From Phoronis australis (Eukaryota; Animalia; Phoronida), in assembly GCA_002633005.1 (NCBI GenBank), contig NMRA01000372.1, positions 211,058-275,057 on the forward strand: 64,000 nt of DNA, read 5' to 3'. Position 1 is the stretch's first letter. Each line of letters begins with the position of its first letter. The notes beneath the pieces are model-generated. The model did no database searches. It was not told the DNA's origin and was given only the letters and a program-made list of their open reading frames with translations. Position numbers and translations under genes: made by a program. Positions 12,410 through 27,219 of the stretch are shown here, piece by piece.

Positions 12410-12544
12410 CTCAACATTTTTTACGTTTGTAAAGTTCACATCCAATATACAGCAGCCAGAGAAAAATTCCACTTTAGAATCACCCACAGATAGTTTGACT
12501 GGTTTCTTGAGCACATAACTTATCTGTTTGTCAGACATCGCCAT
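12410..12544 (-). CDS. NICN1: Nicolin-1, coding exon 1 (45 codons)
   Basis: Encodes MAMSDKQISYVLKKPVKLSVGDSKVEFFSGCCILDVNFTNVKNVE and ends at a phase-0 GAG|GTGAGG donor. Resembles the NICN1 N-terminus as I recall it (V.L.VGD...G..V.DV.F). The second ATG at 12538 is an alternative start. Confidence 0.88.
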
Positions 12545-12584
12545 TGGTCTTAGACAACTTTTCTGGAGCTTGCAAAACAAATCA

Positions 12585-12650
12585 CTTGTTTACGCCGCCA
12601 TTATCCTGGTCACTTCCTGTTTAGTGACCCAGCGCCACCTGTGTCGGACG
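12585..12650 (-). promoter_or_regulatory. Probable NICN1 proximal promoter / 5' UTR
   Basis: Locally CpG-rich, just upstream of the ATG. Contains YY1-like (AATGGCGGC), ETS-like (CAGGAAGTG) and CTCF-like (CACAGGTGGCGCTG) motifs. Motif matches only. Confidence 0.45.
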
Positions 12651-15019
12651 CGAGAAACAACTGGAATTTCGCCGGGTAAAAGTGAACAGTTAGGCTGCTA
12701 AAATTTAAATAAAGGGCGTGTGTCAGGTTTGTCGGCTGTTTTGAGGAATGTGTTGAAAATAATTTTAAAGAAACTGACATGCTTGTGTTTTTGAATGCCG
12801 GAGAAAAGCCAAGTTTTTTAGCCGTGACCTCGTGCAAAATTGGGTGGCTGCAGTTTGCTTTCCGTCGCCTGCTGTAGGCCTATGAGAAACCGGGTGCAAT
12901 AACAGGAGGGCTGCAAACAGTTAAAAATTGCCAAGCGAGCAGCTGGTAAGGGGCACACAATGACCATCATGAGTATTTTGGGCCAAAATATCACATTTTT
13001 TATTCAAAAAGGCTCAGTTAGTGAAGTAGTTTTAAAACGGTTTAAAAGAACGGGCAAAGAAAAAAATCGTTGGGTTTTTATTTAGATATTGAACCTCTCT
13101 ATTTTATCTTGCAGTCTTAGCACTTTCAAAGGGTTTCCCATTAACCTTCATTTGAGTGCTAAAATTGGTAAATTTTGATCAATTTTGTGCATTTGATTTT
13201 TAGCCATTCCGTCCCCGCCATGAGTTTACGGAGTACTGGTGATTAATAATATTTTCTGACTAATAAAGAAAGTAAAAATTGGGTTTTTTGTTTGTTTCCA
13301 AGCAACAGCCGCAGAAAGGACATACCATCGCGTATTTTAGAGTACTTGTCCACAGGCAGTATGCATCTGTAATAACTCATAAATCTCATAAAGGAGGTTA
13401 GTTCATCAATTCATGCAAATATGTTTCTTTGGTGACGAAATCGCCGGATTGACGTCAATTTTTATATAATTCAACTACCTACATGTACGTCTTTGCTTAA
13501 CATTGAAATATTCCTTCCTGCATTCCTCTGCACTTTGCTTCACGCTACTCTGGCTAAAAAAGTAATTAAACCTTTCACAAATGGAAAGCAGAGGCGGATT
13601 TAAGGAGGAGGAGGGCAAGGGTCATAGCGCCCATACAATTGACAAAGCGAATAATAAAATTGGCATGGCCACTGATAAAATTGGTATATGAGTCCCAAAA
13701 AACGGCGTGGCCCGGCTAAACAAATTATCCCAAAACACTGACATCTACGATAAAAAACGCTGACAAGCACATTTAGTGGCCAGTTGGAGGCCGAGAGCTT
13801 ATAGGTCAGATTCCCTCCTGCTGTCGCTTCTAATAACTTGCATCGTGGCCATGTTAGTAATCCCCACGGTGTGCTTGCAAAACTGAAGGGCATTTTGTGG
13901 CAAATTGTGAAGTGACGGGCCTGAGAGGAAATTTGAATTTGCGAACTGAATAAATCCTTGCTTACTTCAATTTTTCGAGTTCAAGTCGCCCTCACATTTC
14001 GACTAAGACGTTCACAGGATCATGAGTGACAGTCGATCGTGCGATTTTCGAGATGAGTCAGAAGAAATCTTATGGATCATGGATATTTCACTTTTACTAC
14101 CTAACAATATAAATATTCCAAAAAAAATCTTCACAAGGTTATCTTCCCAGGGTGTACGTTGTTTATGCTCAGCATGGCCTCAGTATTTTCCGTGCAAGGC
14201 ACTATTTTCAAGTGGAAAACGGAAAACTCATTCATCTGATAGGCCCGGCTGCTCAAATACAGCAATCGAATTCGGAGCTCATGGAAGTATGTTTTACTAA
14301 ATTGTATTTACAGCTTCTTTCGCACAAAACACAATTAATGTGTAAGTTCACAAATTAAATGCAATCATGAATCTTTTTAACCTTGAAATTTCCCCCTCGC
14401 TTTAGTAGTACATGTATTTCACCAAGGGTCACGATCTCGCATTTTGGGATATACCGACTTAATTGCGGCCAGAAAAACTTAGATCTCTGCACAGTCCTGG
14501 TTAAACCCCAAACATACCTCAAAATGCTGGATCCGCTCCTGGAAAGCACAACGAATTAAATAACTAAACCGACAAAAATACCATAAGCTGTTAAATGAAT
14601 TTGCAGCTTTATACAAATATCAACCTATCCATACACACTGCAATTTTTTCCAAAGATTTTTGCTTTTTATAAGTAGACGACTTTATACCACAACCTTTGT
14701 GATCTCCGAATAAAACATCTTCATGTAAAAGAACTTTTTCTAGAAGCAAAGCTTCTTCTTCGCCGTTTCATAATTTTCTTTTTTCGTTGGTAGATCGATG
14801 ATTACTGAAATGTAATTCAATAATACATACATGTAAATGTAACCGAGGAATGGTCGGAAGAGATGTGACGCCAACCGAAACTGAATGGATATTTAGCTCA
14901 CTTTGCCGTATTTGATATGGGTAATACATGTATTTAAAAAGAACATTCGAAAACGGAAATTTGAACTATGGGGTTATTATCTGAAACCTTGAAGTGGGGT
15001 AAAGTTTTGAGACTTTGTT

Positions 15020-15275
15020 CCGGGGCATATATATAATATATAGCCCACAACTGTATATGCCCCATTGGGTACAGTGTATTTGCCTCTGAGCAATATATAT
15101 CCCGCAATTATATATAGCTCACTAGGTATATACCCCAGTACCGCAAGTACAGCATTTATGTCCCATTGGGTGTATACAATATATACCCTGCAACTTTATA
15201 TATCCTATTAGATATATGCCCCAGTATTTTATATATCCCGGTTTTCCACCTAATATACAAGCCCCGCAACTATGT
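15020..15275. repeat. Cluster of short TATAT(A/G)nCCC repeats, like a transposon subterminal array
   Basis: Repeated tatatgcccc / tatatatccc / tataccc units, and cccattgggt twice. Confidence 0.55.
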
Positions 15276-17472
15276 TTGTCACACTCGGTTAATGTCTTTA
15301 TGTGCCAAAAATACACTCTTCCAAAGGCCACTGGAATAATATGTATGCGTCCACAAAAGATTTTACCACTTTCAAACCTAAAAATGTATGATCCTTTTAT
15401 CTGTTTATAATTATGAAACGTGAGCAGATGACACTACTTTTATCAGGCTCTACGGTGTATGTTGATACCTTCGATAAAAATACATGTACACAAACACGTT
15501 GAAACCATTGTGAATGACATAAAAACTCTCACAGATGAAAACTTAATCATTTATTGATCTGGCACATAGTGAGCTATAATTACCCAAATTATCTTTAAAA
15601 TCAAATGATGAGCACCAAAAATATAAGATACATGCACATCCATAGAAACAATGTTTGTGATGTACATGTACTAACAGTTTCATCCTGAGCAACATACGGG
15701 TCTTAGCAGGCTTCCAGTCACCACAATTTCAGACTCCCGCCATCTTAGTAACAATTAAGACTACAAATGTAATTAAAGAAAATGTGATAGTTTTAGATTA
15801 AATCGTGCTTGCTTTCTTCATACAAAATGCTTATACATAGTGATTACAATTCTCAATAAGTGAAATCAGTTATTTTTAAAGATGTTTAAACTGCAAAAAC
15901 TGCAGTGCAATTTGTCTGTATTGTCTAATTAACAAAACTCAGGTTCTTAAAGGCTGTGGTTGAAGTGATGACGGTGATGGTGAAGACCCTAGGGAACGGA
16001 GGTGACGCTATGTAACTTAAGACAAAAAACATAATAATGAGCAGATCCTGTTAACTTTGCTGTGCCCTTATTAAAAGTCCTGTGATCATCACTTTTAGCA
16101 TCACTAGCACATCCCGATGACTCTTTTACCACCTCCATGGAGATTGTCGTATTGTCATCATCACTTTCAGCATCATTGCATAGCTTGGTCAATTTTCCTT
16201 TAACCTAGAACTTTCCAGACTCCATACTAGTGACATTTAATCAGTGTATCGCCTGAAAATAAAAGTGAAGTTTTTAAACATACATTTTGCCAATGATAAA
16301 AGTTCGAAGATTAGGCGAGGATTTTGTATTTCGTAATACATGCATTGTAAAAACTGTCATAAAACAGTTTTTGTTAATTTTAGGGATTTACAGGAATTTT
16401 CTGTATATTTTATTAAACTTAGGCCGGACAGGTATCTACTTAGTTTCAAGATTTTTTTACACTTTTTACAAATTTCTTAGCGTAGAACTTTAATCATTTG
16501 ACAGGTATCCTTGCACACATTGCAAAAGTTGTCATTCCTGTAAGGTACATGTATGATCCTACATTCTTACCAAAATATACTATCTTACACAAACAATAAA
16601 ATAACATTAACAATTATAATAACAATAATACTTCTGTGATTTTTTTGTAGTTCAAATCTGTTTGGTGTGTTCCCTTTTAGCATTCCTGCAGGTCGATAGT
16701 CCAACGGGGAGTTAGTCGGAAAGACTTTTAAGGAGCAATGGCCTTTTGGGCTTCTGAATTAAGTTGAGTTTTTCTTATTACTACTTTCATTTTTACAAGT
16801 TTGTGGTCTCAAGACCAAAGGACCTTTATTCTAGACAGTGTTAACCCGAAAAATGTGTCTTTTGTTTGCTTGTGAAAATTTGACTTCACTAAAAAGGATT
16901 CTAAACCTTGTTTTGATGATTTCAACCAATCCTGGTCCTGTCATTTGCTAATGCATCATTGGCGTCAATCTTGAAAGAGCTGGAATTAACTAAAAACTAA
17001 AAACCCCTATTTCCTATTTTGGTCCTTTGTGAGTGGTCTTTTCTCACAGTTGCCGTGTAATTCTCTAAAGCGTAGGTCTCACTTGGCAGTTTAGCAAACT
17101 TTCAAAATAGTTTCAAATTTTTCCGAACTTTTCAGAGTAGTCGAGAGTTACTGGCCATTATTTCGTTCCAGAAAACTGGAGATTAAATTCTTTTTATATG
17201 TTAATAAGTCAAAACCAGGTTTGGCATCCTTTTGATTTTCTGAAGTGTCTGTAGTCGGAAGAGCTATTGGTCTCATTGGTCCACTGAGCATTACATTTTG
17301 AAATATACCTGATTACAGGCCCGTGGGAAGGCAAAAAATAATGGGGGGCACAAACCATTTCGACGTCGCCAAATAACTCCCCATCGCCACCACCTCCGCT
17401 ACCTCCCCCCACTCTCGCCCCCGTCCTTCCGATGCGACAATATTTGTACCGAGTCTCCCATGTGGGGAGGCA

Positions 17473-17627
17473 CAGTGGCGGATTTAGGGGGCCAAGAGGC
17501 CATGACCCTCCGAAAATTCTACCAGATTCCATTTGTCAGTTTGGAGGTGCCAATTTATGACTGGTAAAACACTGGCTAATACTCTGATCTGCCCCCCCCC
17601 CAACTCAAAATCCTGGATCCGCCTGTG
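17473..17627 (+). mobile_element. About 155-bp MITE, CAGTGGCGGAT family (hAT-like ends)
   Basis: Ends CAGTGGCGGATT and GATCCGCCTGTG. Internal sequence shared with the copies at 28888, 33033, 38835, 39281, 45599, 48206 and 58059. Confidence 0.85.
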
Positions 17628-20600
17628 GGACGGCAATCCCGGGGATCCAACCATTAAGACTGAGTCGTGTAACCGTGAACCAACACGAAAAGTAGCGAGG
17701 AGCTGCCTTATGTAGCTATAGCTGAGATATACCAGTGTGAAAATACGAAATTTTCGATGAACTAAATCTAGGTGCTGGTCACCACAACTATGATTCACTT
17801 GAGACAGGCAGCTTAGCTCGTACCGGCCTTCTGCGCTCGTTCTAAGGTCAAGATTCATTTTGTTGTGACCCAGTTTCGGAAAAACTTTATTTTATTATGG
17901 TCTTTCTTTGAAAGAGTTTTTTTTGAAAAGGTGAGGCCCCGAAGTCCCTGGTGTAGTGCCTTTGGGACTGTTTCAACACGTTGAAACACGACCGGTAGTT
18001 CAGTTTCCGGTGGCTGAGGAAAAGCAATCAATTCAGTTTTGAAGGACAAAAATTCATTACTCAATAGTACTAGAAACTAAAAACAACAAGGAACTGCGAA
18101 GACAACCTTTCCAAGAAATGAGTTTAATTTTATTTATTTGAGGATTTTAAAACGTTTTTTCTATCTACGGTTTGTGTGTATGAATTTCATCAATGTCTTT
18201 GAGGGTTATTTTAGATATGCAAAAATCGTCTAAGTGTACTTAACTATTTTGTGATCGGATTGGCACTGAGAGTTTTTCCAACTTCAGGCAGCAATTAAAT
18301 TCACTGAATTATCACCAATTCTTACAAGATTAGCTTCTAATTGTCAAAAATCATGTATGAATCTATCGATACTTGTTGATGCATAAACAAGTAAATCAGA
18401 AACCAACGAATTTGTTTATCAAACAGGAATGTTATGCGCAATTTACGCATGCATGCTTGCAGACTTTTGACGGGTAACCGGGTGAATATGGGAGATAGGG
18501 TATTCGTATTAAGGTGTATTTTCAGAGGTACCTATAACGGTTCACGATGTAAACTTGAATTCCACTGACAAAAAATCTTTGTTTATGACTGCGAGAGTTC
18601 TTTGAGTACCCTTTCGACATGTATAGGCCCTACGATCATCACAAATAGTAGCCTAGACAGCAATGTTTTCCACAAGTGGGAAATCCTTACAAACAACTCA
18701 TAGTGACCATGTTCAACAGAGATTCTATTCTAGTGATAATGCGGGAAACAGTAACATTATTTTATAACTAACCATCGGAAATTGTCCTTATGTGTAATTC
18801 ACAAGTAGTGGTCTTCACGTTCTTCAAAATTTACGTGAACAACCTCGTTGAAAACATCTGTGCACATCAAAGTTGGGTGCACACATATAACAATTTATTT
18901 CAATTGAAACTGAATTAATAAACAATGCAATGTGTTTTTATGTCGTCTAGAGTAACTGTAAGCACTGTAGTTGATTTGTTTGGCCTTACTTCGTGCATTT
19001 CCTCGTCTAAACGAAACGGTCACGACTTTAGGGCCTCATTCAAAATGGTCGGGGACATCAGCGACCATTTCAAAACTCTGCTTACGGAGACAAAGAAGGA
19101 TTAAGATTGGTAAAACACGTATATTTGTGAAGGCTGATATATGTTCATGACATCACATGAGCGGTTGCTAACTGACTTTGGGTAGTATAACAATCAGCTG
19201 CTTGTTATGCTTATGTTCACGACCTAAGGGCACTGGTGTCTAATTACAGAAATTCATAAGCAGTAATAGAATGGCTGCAGGACGGGATTGAACTGGAACC
19301 TGGTACAACACTTCAGGGTGGCAGGTGGCACCAGTGGATTATTAATTAAAATGCGTTTGCCTGATCAAGACTTACTTGAATGAATCTATGTAATATTTCT
19401 GATGCTAAAATGTTTAGTGCCGATCATCACGAATTGTTGTGTCGCCTCTCCCTTCCCCCTCCTCCCCTCCGGAGAGGGTTCCGCACGAGACAAATCTCCC
19501 TCTATCCTAGCTACAGGTGCGCCCCTCAGGATGTACACAGAAGTCCTTGCCCTGACTGTTGCATATTTCTGTATGGATTATACATTGCTCCTTGCTAGTT
19601 CAAAGGTTTAGTTTTGCTCCTTATATTTACCGTCAAACTTAATGAACTTGTACGTTCGTCTTCTTCACTGTCTTAATCATATTTTCTAAACTTAGAATAA
19701 GTAATGCTTGTGTAAAAATCTTGCACCTCCATTTTGGTTGATATGAATTCTGATGAGACTGATCATCGCTCACATACATCAGTCTGATTAGGATCGTTTT
19801 TGGTCAGTGACAAGAATTCGTATAAATTACTAGGGCTGATGAAAAAACTTAGATCTTATATTACACCATTCGTTAATATTAATTCTTATCAACATCTTAT
19901 AACATGTCATACCATTCTTAGAAATAGTCGAAATTAATCTATTTTAAAGAGTCATTTGTAATAAATTTATCGAAAGTAATTGATTGTGTACACCTGTCGT
20001 GCACGCGAAGATATAGTCCCTGTGTACACTTGTCCTGCACGCGCAGATATAAATGTATATTGAGGGACAAAGGGAAATTTGCCCCAAGCTACTCCACCGA
20101 GAGAGGGCACGGTCTGAAATGAGACGCCTTAAGTTGAAAGGCTAAACATCATTAAGCTGGGAAAAAGTAACAGTTCATTCCACCGTCGTGTGGTCCCAAA
20201 ACGATGCAGGGAGTGACCTCCTTCAAAACGAAATCACAATTTCACAAAAAAAAGGAAAATAGAGGTAATCGATTCCAACATTGGGCCCTCTCTCCGTGAG
20301 CGGCCCCGTAAGAATTTGTCAATAAAAACGCAAAAAGGTGGCCACTTGAATGTCATAAATGGCCTCCTTCAAGGGCGGGGGTCCCTAAATATGAAAATAC
20401 CTACATGTACATTTTCAAACTTCAGGAAATGCGCTACAATTGTTGTTATCTGTCAGGTCATCAATTTTTCTCAAGTGATATACAGTTTCGAGAAAAAAGT
20501 ATAAAGCGAAAGTTGTCTCCGTTATCCCGTGCCAGAGAGGGGCCTCTAGAAAAATATAGTTTTGCATTCGCGAAATTGGCTTACTGAATTTAAATATCTA

Positions 20601-21252
20601 GTAAATTAGTACGCTCCGCGAAAGCTTCGCTTTACAAATTTTCTCGATTTTTCGAAATACATGTGTGTGTTTAGACGACCTGTGATGCAAAACCGAAGAC
20701 CATAACGACACTGTCCTGCCCAGGGTCCTCAAAAGGTAATCCATGCACTGATGCAGGTTTGTTTAATGTTCTCTTGAATTTTCTCTCATCTGTTTTTCGC
20801 AGTCTTTCTTTTCTCGACTGTCCCCGGCACCACGCCTATGTCGGTTGCCACGGTTTAACCCAGACGCCTGAAAATTTTTGGGGGGCTCGTGCCCCTCCCG
20901 GCCCTCCGTTTCCTATGGCACTGTATTAGCAGGCATGAAAAAGTGTGAGGTAACTACATGTATATCACCATGAGCACGGTTGGTGGGTGGCCGGGCTAGG
21001 ATGGCAAAACAAATTCTTTAACATTTGCATTCATAATAATTCTTAAATGTGGTCAAATGTACTAAAACAGCAGTCTTCTATAAGCTCTGATGCAGTGTCA
21101 TCACCCAACTCACTTTCAGACTAAAAGTCCTTCGAACTAAAATTCCTTTGCTTTGGAGACTATCAAAGGTCCTTCGGAATACAGGATCGACCAACCCCAT
21201 CTCAGCACATCTCGTATAGACATCACAAAACAATAAAGAAATAATAGCTGAA

Positions 21253-22579
21253 CAGGTATTGGGAGAAAGTGGGGCACCTTTAGCTATGGGGCACTATGTT
21301 CCTTTGCTTGCCAAATTAAAATAAACCAATACTTTGGAACCAGATGTCACTTGCATGTGCTCCTGATGGCAAGGTGTGAAACCATTTTGTATCATTTTCT
21401 GTTTCGCGCAAATGTGGATTTTGTAGCGTGTTGTTGATAATTCGCCAACTTCAGTACAATTTCAAGGTATGCTAGTTTTCCTTCTGTAATAAACGATAGC
21501 CTAGAAACACGGGAACTGAATAGCTGTAATAATACGTGTAGGAATGGGCTATAAGCACCCATACATTTCAATGTTGAGAGTTGACCTAATTTTGAGATAC
21601 TCTTGTTTTGCTTTAGAATTTAAAGATAGGGCACTATGAGCCATAGTGTGCGGGGCAGGTTGAGCCATGGCTGATAATGCCCCAACGTTATGCAAGCAAC
21701 AACTTAAACAAGTTTTAAGTATTTTGATGTAACTTTAGTGTAGAAAATTATTAGAAATGAAAGACTAATAAAGGAATGTATGACAGTGAGATTGTTCTTT
21801 CGATGACGTATTAGACATCCGTCTGATGCCGCATTTTTCCACTGCTGCAGCCACAGCATCAAAAATCGCCAACATGGATATGCAAAACTGCTGACATTAC
21901 AGCAGCCCTGAAAAAAGCTGATTAGATCGAAAAAGAACGTCAAAGAAGTAAAAAAATCAACCCGGCCGGGCACATTATCCATGACCTCACAGCAAAAGCG
22001 ATCCAGTAAAGGTTTGAGGAAAGGATGTGGCATGTCCCTGTTGTCAGAAATTACTACTGCCTGATATGCAATGAACAATATGTGGAACCAATTACAGGAG
22101 ATTGGATACAGTGCAAAACCTGACTTGACTGGGCAAACGAAGCTTGCACATCGTACGCTGTACATCGGCGTTGGAAACTTTAAGTGTGACTCGTGTTTAG
22201 ATTAAAACCTGGGTTAAACTGGTAGTTAGTGTATTCCTTATTTCGTCAAACAGTATCAAATATCAAGTCAAATACATTCTTTAAGTAACCAAATATATTT
22301 TTAAGATGCGTTTTGTTTACTATACTTTGCTATCGATCAAAGTCCCCCATGCCTGGATCAAAGTGTCCCGTAGTTGGGGTACTTTGAGCCATTTGACTGA
22401 CTAACGTAAAATACCAAAAAACATGTTGCACTTTTTCAATTGTCTTTATCTTTATTGCATACAATAAGGACACATTGTAGTTTATTATCGTGTCTTAGTT
22501 TCTGGAATTAGTTTCTTTATTTAGATGTCAAGACCAATAATTTGAAAATTGATTTAAAGTGCCCCACTCTCTCCTACCG
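21253..22579 (+). mobile_element. Internally deleted pogo/Tc1-mariner-like element with a PHD-finger remnant
   Basis: TIRs ggagaaagtggggcac and gtgccccactctctcctaccg followed by TA, with repeated subterminal GGGGCAC boxes. About 22090-22205 translates to GDWIQCKT*LDWANEACT...NFKCDSCLD*, a PHD-like C-terminus seen in pogo-group transposases. Confidence 0.7.
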
Positions 22580-25500
22580 TATCCTTGGCATCACCAAGAA
22601 ATAAATTTTGAATTAAAATAGAAATTGCATGGTAAAATTTGAAAAACAAGTAATTTTAGTTACATGAAATACCTTTCAGACGATCTATCAGAAAAGTTCT
22701 TGGTTATTTTAGCAGAACTGAACACCTTGCGACGAAAACGGCACCTCCTCATTTCTTCATCTGAAACAAATTATAAATGCAGTGATCTATGCTGCACTTT
22801 TACGTTTGTTTTCATTTGTTTGGCTTACTTAAAGCTGTCTTCTAAATTTCCGTTAACATGAGCTTGAAAGTTTTTGAGTTATTCTGCTACATTAAATGAT
22901 TCAACTAGTAAACAATAAATATGTTGGGAAGCCAACTGTTGCAAATAACTATATGTGAAATGTTTCACAATGCTACTTGATTAAGTCTGAAAAACAGGCT
23001 GTATGCAAAATGACTCTGTAGTTTCCTTAAGAAAGTATTAAACCAAAGTAGTGATTCATTAGGACCTCGCACTCACGAGTTTAAGAACATAAAAGTACAG
23101 GAACCATGCGACAATTTGTAGAATCTGCGAAAATTTATGAGCAAATTTTCCTTAAACTCACACCACCTTCATAACTCACCCAATGTGAAGTTGCATGTTT
23201 CCCTACTCTGAGAAAACAAGCACCAAATTCTACCTTCATCTGTGTCATTGTCATTTGAAATGAATGGGTTGACGACATTCTCATCTGAAAAAAATCTAAA
23301 CTGTCAATAGAAATGAATTGCTGTCTATAGTCCAATGGGTCTATAGTCCGAAAACAATGAGATCTATCGTCCGAAAAGTCAATAGTCCGAGCAATAGTTT
23401 TTTACATTATCCCGTAATCTACAGAATTAAATGTCTTCAAGACTCCAGATAATTTTACATCATATTCTGCATCTTTCAAAATTCCGTAAAGCTCTGTAAA
23501 GGAGGCAAAGCTCTCTTTCTTGAAATCGTGGTTATTTAACGAACAACAACCTGAACAAGCTACGAACACTTAGTTTAATGTTGCAAATTATTCTTGTTGG
23601 CTACCGAGTTGGGAACGTAAGATAAATTTCCCCTTAACTCTTCGGAGTATTGACCAATGGAGCCACAAAACCTTTGGACCAACCATCCCTTAATTATTGA
23701 GTCTGTTGTGGGGCATTATATATACATGTACCCCCCAATTTTTTGCACCCACACAGTAAAGGTCTCATATATAAAAACGTCCCCGATCTGTATAGTTCTC
23801 TTAGTACATGTATATATATATATTTTTGGGGGGCAACCTTCGTTCAACTCCTTAGTGAACAATCAAAGCGAGTTTTCTCCCGGATTTCATAATTACAGAC
23901 TAGGCTCGCTGGAAACTTTTAACTGTAATTTTTTAATTAGCTCGAAGGGCTTATTTATGTCAACAGCAGTAAAATAGAATATTAAAATAAGAGTCATGTG
24001 TTGGATATGCATCCCACTCAACAAAATATATTGAATTTTGAAAGCATAGCTCATGAGACAAAGGACAAGAAACTTGGAAAGATAAGTAAGCTGCTGCATT
24101 GTGACGATTGACCTAACGCAAGCTCCGCCCCTTTGCGGAAAGTCTCGTGATACCCGACAAACAAGCAAGAAGTCAGAGCCAAATACACTGTCGCTAAACG
24201 ACATTCCGGGTGGAATCGATGAGTGTTTTTGCACCATTTGGAACGGCTTCGACAAAGACAACAAGCGATGCTTTTCAACAGAGAATCTTACGTTCATGAT
24301 GTGTTAATTTGAAAAGGCGACGACGAAGTAATAAGTGTTCGAAGAAAAGTATATCGGAACCAGCAAAAATCCAACCTCACACGGGGTTCACCTTCACCTG
24401 ACAAATGACAAGACCTCTGATGCAATATGTTCATGTAAAGCTGGGTATGTACCTTAAAGTTGAATTATGTGTACGATGCCACAGATTTTAGAATCTTTTG
24501 AACAAAATCAGTGAAGATTCACCGATATTTTCATTCTGTCGTCTGCTAAATTCCGCCAAATAAAAGTAGGTCACAATTGGTGGGACTCAACGGGTGAAGT
24601 AGGCCGAGTTGGTAGCACTGTTCACGCTTTTTTAATCTCATAACGAAATATTTTGATAAAAAACTCACGTCAATAGCTCAGGTAGACACTCATCTCGTCC
24701 TAAGCAAGCAGTTAGCTCGAAGGTGTGAGTATTTTATACCATAAAATGTAGTGAAGTTTCAATAGAAATGTTGATTTTGCATGTCATGCACATCGGAGTG
24801 TAATGGCCAGTTTGTTAATAAAGCACGCAGTTAACTTCATTATTTACCGGTACATAGTATTTAATATTGAGTTGCACCATGTACGTTTCGCATGGCGTGG
24901 CTCAGGATTCGTTTGCAACAACTACAGTATGTTATGCATTATGTACTGAACATAGAGAGATTGCCAAAGATAACGTCTGGCACCTGGGTCGAGAGGCCAA
25001 ATTGTCCAGTGAGAGGACGGGGAGAGGGAGAAAATGATGCTATTTGAGGTTTGGGGGGACAAACGCGAGTTTCTCCTGCAGGGTAGAAGGATTCCTTAGT
25101 TTGATTAGCCGGCTATTACTATACATGTATAATGAGAAAATAGGTCCATGGGCGCATAGTCGGAAAACGAACTTTAAAAACGCCAAATGAAACCAGATAT
25201 ACTCCGGGCGTATTTCGGGAACGTCTTGTGATGCAATTTTGAACCTGATAGATTAGTTATTCACTCAAGACTGTTTTCAAAGAACGCAAAAGTGAACAGT
25301 TACCAACAAAGTTGCACAATATATCGCTAAATAATTTGAGTGAAATGACGATCCCAGAGTATGTCTTTTGCCAAAACAAGTTTAACATCAAAACATATAC
25401 GCATTGTAGAAAAATCCAACCGGACTTGCCTGACGAGATAACCCAACGTCGTATTCCGGTAAGACGAAGCGACTTGAGCAGGTCGGGATTTATGGCGTCT

Positions 25501-27219
25501 TTAGTGTGAACGAGGATGTTTAGCCGACTTGAGCCCATGAGGTTGCATCGACTTAAACTAAGTCAATCCGGAATCATAGTGTAAACTTGGTGACGGATTT
25601 TGATACGTTGCACAGTAGCCCTGACATAAGCTTTCTGGTATATAATTTATTACTATTGCAATTTGTTTTTGAATTTCGCCTCATTTGAGTACCCGGTCAT
25701 CTGAAAATTTGTGCCATGTATTCAGCGACTTACTCAGTACCGTGAATATGATGAAATTGACAAAGTTCGGCCCAAGAAAATTGTAACTCCGTTGTTCATT
25801 GCTTTCGTACTGTTGTGGTTTTAAAACTACATGTACGTTATTGCCCACGAAAAATTTCTGTTCATAGAAAGTAGTGTTTCGTGAACCCCAACTGACTGGT
25901 ATGAAGGTACATGTACGTGAAAATTATAAATTAGGAGAAAATGGCGAAGCGCACAATTACACAACTGGGCAATAATTAAGTTTATTATGAAGGAATAAAA
26001 GCCCTTATGAAGCCATTTTGTGCAAAATTTTCAAATTTGGAAACTTATTTGAAAAGCACTGTGCCCAACTTTTTCTTTTCTCGCCCAACGTTTTCTTCCT
26101 TTGGTTAATGAGGTCGACAGTTACTGGTAGTTACACCCGCGACANNNNNNNNNNNNNNNNNNNNNNTGTGGACGTAACGAATGGTGAGAAGCGCCATATT
26201 GATCAAAACGTTTGTAACAGGTGCTGTTTTACTGGGCCATTGCAGATGTACCATTGTTTGGATGTACGCCAGACTAATTACAAAGTAAAATGTGTGATAC
26301 AGTGATTCGAGAAGGTGAACGACACTGGTAGAGTATCGATCAGCAGCGGGCGCCCGTCATCCCAGAGAGCCTCTCTGACGACTCTGTTACCGCCAGGTGA
26401 CTGTTCACCATTTACAGAGGTGAGGCTAGGCATATTTTAAATACGTGTGTTGACATCCTGGGTTCGTTTGATTATTTTTTGGACAATACCTGTTTTTAAG
26501 TTATGTAATTTCCCTCTTCTTACAGAAGGGGGGGGGCTGCCATGTACTCGCCATACTAACCATACAATGTACGTACATGTACTTTCGGGTTTTTGTAAGG
26601 GGGTAAGATGACGTTCTTTATTGTTGGATGATTTTAAATGAATGATTCTTTGGTGGTTCTCACGCCTTTTTAGGGTGAAAGGAAATACTTCAGTCGTCAT
26701 TATCATACCGCCTATCTGTTCTTGTGACGTCGATAGCTACCCGGATGTTCGCTATTTAAGTCGTCTGCCCAGTTACCGCTCGTGCATCGTATCGCTCACG
26801 AGCAGCAGTTTGGAGAGAGAATATCGTCGTTTGACTTGAAGTTAGCGAAGTAAGTGCATACCTACTGTGACTTGTACTGAAGTAACATTATACATGTAAT
26901 TAGAAGACGCACATGCACACAATAAAATAATGAGAATTTCAAATTGTAAATGCCTAATAATAATAAGTAAGAACTTGCATACTGGCAGGATAACACCAAC
27001 TAGTTAGAAGAACGTAGTGGATGGACCCAGATTTTAAAAAGATTTTGTGTTTCGCGCAACTTATGAGCGTTGAATGTCGAAATTACATAATTGGAGCATT
27101 ATTATGTACAATTTTGAGACCAATTAAAGGTGGAGTTAAAGCCGGGTAACTAACCCACTAACGCGAGAAGCGAGAAAAATCGTAACTGGGAAACTTGAGG
27201 AAGTAAATTTGAGTGCTTA

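Noticed and set aside
15020-15275. Spaced short repeats superficially like a CRISPR array
   Set aside because: Units are degenerate and irregularly spaced, the context is eukaryotic, and there are no cas genes.
15989-16253. Acidic ORF after a strong minus-strand acceptor
   Set aside because: Stops follow the acceptor in frame and no domain is recognisable. Probably decayed TE sequence.
19985-20052. 36-bp tandem duplication
   Set aside because: Two imperfect copies only, an ordinary local duplication.
26167-26850. Exon-like plus-strand segments with GT donors at ~26420 and ~26850
   Set aside because: No consistent open frame or recognisable protein, and the region adjoins an N gap.
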